From assembly GCA_964016885.1 (NCBI GenBank), contig OZ024755.1:42966001-43030000 (forward strand): DNA of 64,000 nucleotides. The letters are read 5' to 3'. Under the pieces are notes generated by a model, which had not been told where the DNA came from, searched no databases, and saw nothing but the letters and a program-made list of their open reading frames with translations. Source of the DNA: Eledone cirrhosa. Its lineage: Eukaryota. The translations under genes were made by a program, and so were the position numbers. Positions within the stretch are counted from its first letter, which is position 1. Each line of letters begins with the position of its first letter. Below, piece by piece: positions 62,201-64,000 of this stretch.

Positions 62201-64000
62201 TGTGGAGGTGGTTATGGGCTGTGTGTGATGGTGAGGGTGCTGGGTGTGGAGATGGTTATGGGCTTTGTGATGGTGACGGTGCTGGGTGTGGAGGTGGTTA
62301 TGGGCTGTGTGTGATGGTGAGGGTGTTTGGTGTGGAGGTGGTTATGGGCTGTGTGTGATGGTGAGGGTGTTGGGTGTGGAGGTGGTTATGTGCTGTGTGT
62401 GATGGTGAGGGTGCTGGGTGTGGAGGTGGTTATGGGCTGTGTGTGATGGTGAGGGTGCTGGGTGTGGAGGTGGTTATGGCCTGTGTGTGATAGTGAGGGT
62501 GTTGGGTGTGAAGGTGGTTATGGGCTGTGTGTGATGGTGAGGGTGTTGGGTGTGGAGGTGGTTATGTGCTGTGTGTGATGGTGAGGGTGCTGGGTGTGGA
62601 GGTGGTTATGGGCTGTGTGTGATGGTGAGGGTGTTGGGTGTGGAGGTGGTTATGGGCTGTGTGTGATGGTGAGGGTGTTGGGTGTGGAGGTGGTTATGGG
62701 CTGTGTGTCATGGTGAGGGTGTTGGGTGTGGTGGTGGTTATATGGCTGTGTGTGATGGTGAGGGTGTTGGGTGTGGAGGTGGTTATGGGCTGTGTGTGAT
62801 GGTGAGGGTGTTGGGTGTGGTGGTGGTTATGGGCTGTGTGTGATGTTGAGGGTGCTAGGTGTGGAGGTGGTTATGGGCTGTGTGTGATGGTGAGGGTGTT
62901 GGGTGTGGAGGTGGTTATGGGCTGTGTGTGATGGTGAGGGTGCTGGGTGTGGAGGTGGTTATGTGCTGTGTGTGATGGTGAGGGTGCTGGGTGTGGAGGT
63001 GGTTATGGGCTGTGTGTGATGGTGAGGGTGTTGGGTGTGGAGGTGGTTATGTGCTGTGTGTGATGGTGAGGGTGCTGGGTGTGGAGGTGGTTATGTGCTG
63101 TGTGTGATGGTGAGGGTGCTGGGTGTGGAGGTGGTTATGGGCTGTGTGTGATGGTGAGGGTGCTGGGTGTGGAAGTGGTTATGGGCTGTGTGATGGTGAG
63201 GGTGCTGGGTGTGGAGGTGGTGATGTGCTGTGTGTGATGGTGAGGGTGCTGGATGTGGAGGTGGTTATGTGCTGTGTGTGATAGTGGGGGTGCTGGGTGT
63301 GGAGGTGGTTATGTGCTGTGTGTGATGGTGAGGGTGCTGGGTGTGGAGCTGGTTATGGGCTGTGTGTGATGGTGAGGGTGTTGGGTGTTGGGGTGGTTAT
63401 GTGCTGAGTGTGATAGTGGGGGTGCTGGGTGTGGAGGTGGTTATGGGCTGTGTGTGATGGTGAGGGTGCTGGGTGTGGAGGTGGTTATGGGCTGTGTGTG
63501 ATGGTGAGGGTGCTGGGTGTGAAGGTGGTTATGCGCTGTGTGTGATGGTGAGGGTGCTGGGTGTGGAGGTGGTTATGGGCTGTGTGTGATTGTGAGTGTG
63601 TTGGGTGTGGAGGTGGTTATGGGCTGTGTGTGATGGTGAGGGTGCTGGGTGTGGAGGTGGTTATGGGCTGTGTGTGATGTTGAGGGTGTTGGGTGTGGAG
63701 GTGGTTATGGGCTGAGTGTGATGGTGAGGGTGCTGGGTGTGGAGGTGGTTATGGTCTGTGTGTGATGGTGAGGGTGCTGGGTGTGGAGGTGGTTATGGGC
63801 TGTGTGTGATGGTGGGGGTGTGGGTGTGGAGGTGGTTATGGGCTGTGTGATGGTGAGGGTGCTGGGTGTGGAGGTGGTTATGTGCTGTGTGTGATGATGA
63901 GGGTGCTGGGTGTGGAGGTGGTTATGGGCTGTGTGTGATGGTGAGGGTGTTTGGTGTGGGGGTGGTTATGTGCTGTGTGTGATGGTGAGGGTGCTGGGTG

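Larger units (their letters stand above)
1..64000 (+). repeat. 44-bp G/T-rich tandem satellite/minisatellite array, ~1,450-1,460 monomers, consensus GTGYTGGGTGTGGAGGTGGTTATGGGCTGTGTGTGATGGTGAGG
   Basis: Bases 1-44 (gtgttgggtgtggaggtggttatgggctgtgtgtgatggtgagg) recur in register at 45, 89, 133 and onward to the end. Most monomers differ from consensus by 0-3 substitutions or a 1-7 bp indel. No non-repeat sequence or inversion seen. Copy number estimated as 64000/44 plus allowance for short monomers. Confidence 0.99.

Noticed and set aside
1-64000. Giant ORF under an alternative code (TGA read as Trp, Gly, Cys or Sec), since both consensus + strand stops are TGA
   Set aside because: The common G41>A variant makes TAA, G6>A makes TAG, and 1, 2, 5 and 7 bp indels occur freely. 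No sign of frame or codon-position constraint.
1-64000. Mucin-like Pro/Thr/Ser/His coding VNTR on the minus strand (PHHHTQPITTSTPNTLTITHSP)
   Set aside because: Each minus-strand monomer carries TAA (CATAACC), so with a 44-bp period every frame stops once per 44 codons. Coding mucin repeats have unit lengths divisible by 3, and no minus-strand ORF is in the track.
1-64000. CRISPR array
   Set aside because: Repeats abut directly with no unique spacers, no palindrome, and no leader or cas genes.
1-64000. Immunoglobulin switch region (G-rich strand, GGGCT pentamer, occasional GAGCT)
   Set aside because: The AGCT hotspot is absent from the consensus and appears only in minority variants. The array is much longer and more homogeneous than switch regions, with no flanking exons.
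1-64000. Variant pattern (T4/C4, G13/A13, G41/A41) as an information-carrying code or diversity cassette system
   Set aside because: The order of variants is adequately explained by block duplication and local exchange. No associated recombinase, reverse transcriptase or expression site is present in the window.
1-64000. Pure sequencing or rolling-circle amplification artefact
   Set aside because: Rare variants recur faithfully at several different nested periods whose lengths match monomer counts minus observed indels, which random error or a single circular template would not give. Individual duplications could still be misassembled.

Overview
The whole 64,000-bp window is one uninterrupted head-to-tail tandem array of a 44-bp monomer, consensus GTGYTGGGTGTGGAGGTGGTTATGGGCTGTGTGTGATGGTGAGG, about 1,450-1,460 copies. 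All copies are in one orientation and the array runs off both window edges. The + strand is extremely G/T-rich (T4 consensus: 24 G, 15 T, 4 A, 1 C; no CpG). I see no supportable genes, RNA genes, mobile elements, CRISPR spacers or unique sequence. The listed ORFs are translations of the repeat, lengthened where a small indel or substitution skips the TGA-TGG-TGA stops. The information lies in the pattern of monomer variants. These reveal nested, mostly recent multi-kilobase duplications (periods 7768, 2414, 3083, 1514, 4007/4008, 172, 4275 and shorter, ~1713 bp), a change of variant repertoire near 39-43 kb, an ancient ~22-bp dimer inside the monomer, and microhomology-templated deletions. The most likely identity is a eukaryotic G-rich satellite or giant minisatellite, possibly subtelomeric, but organism and location cannot be determined from this window. 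I found no solid evidence for a novel biological system; the functional ideas below are hypotheses. Coordinates and difference counts were read by eye.
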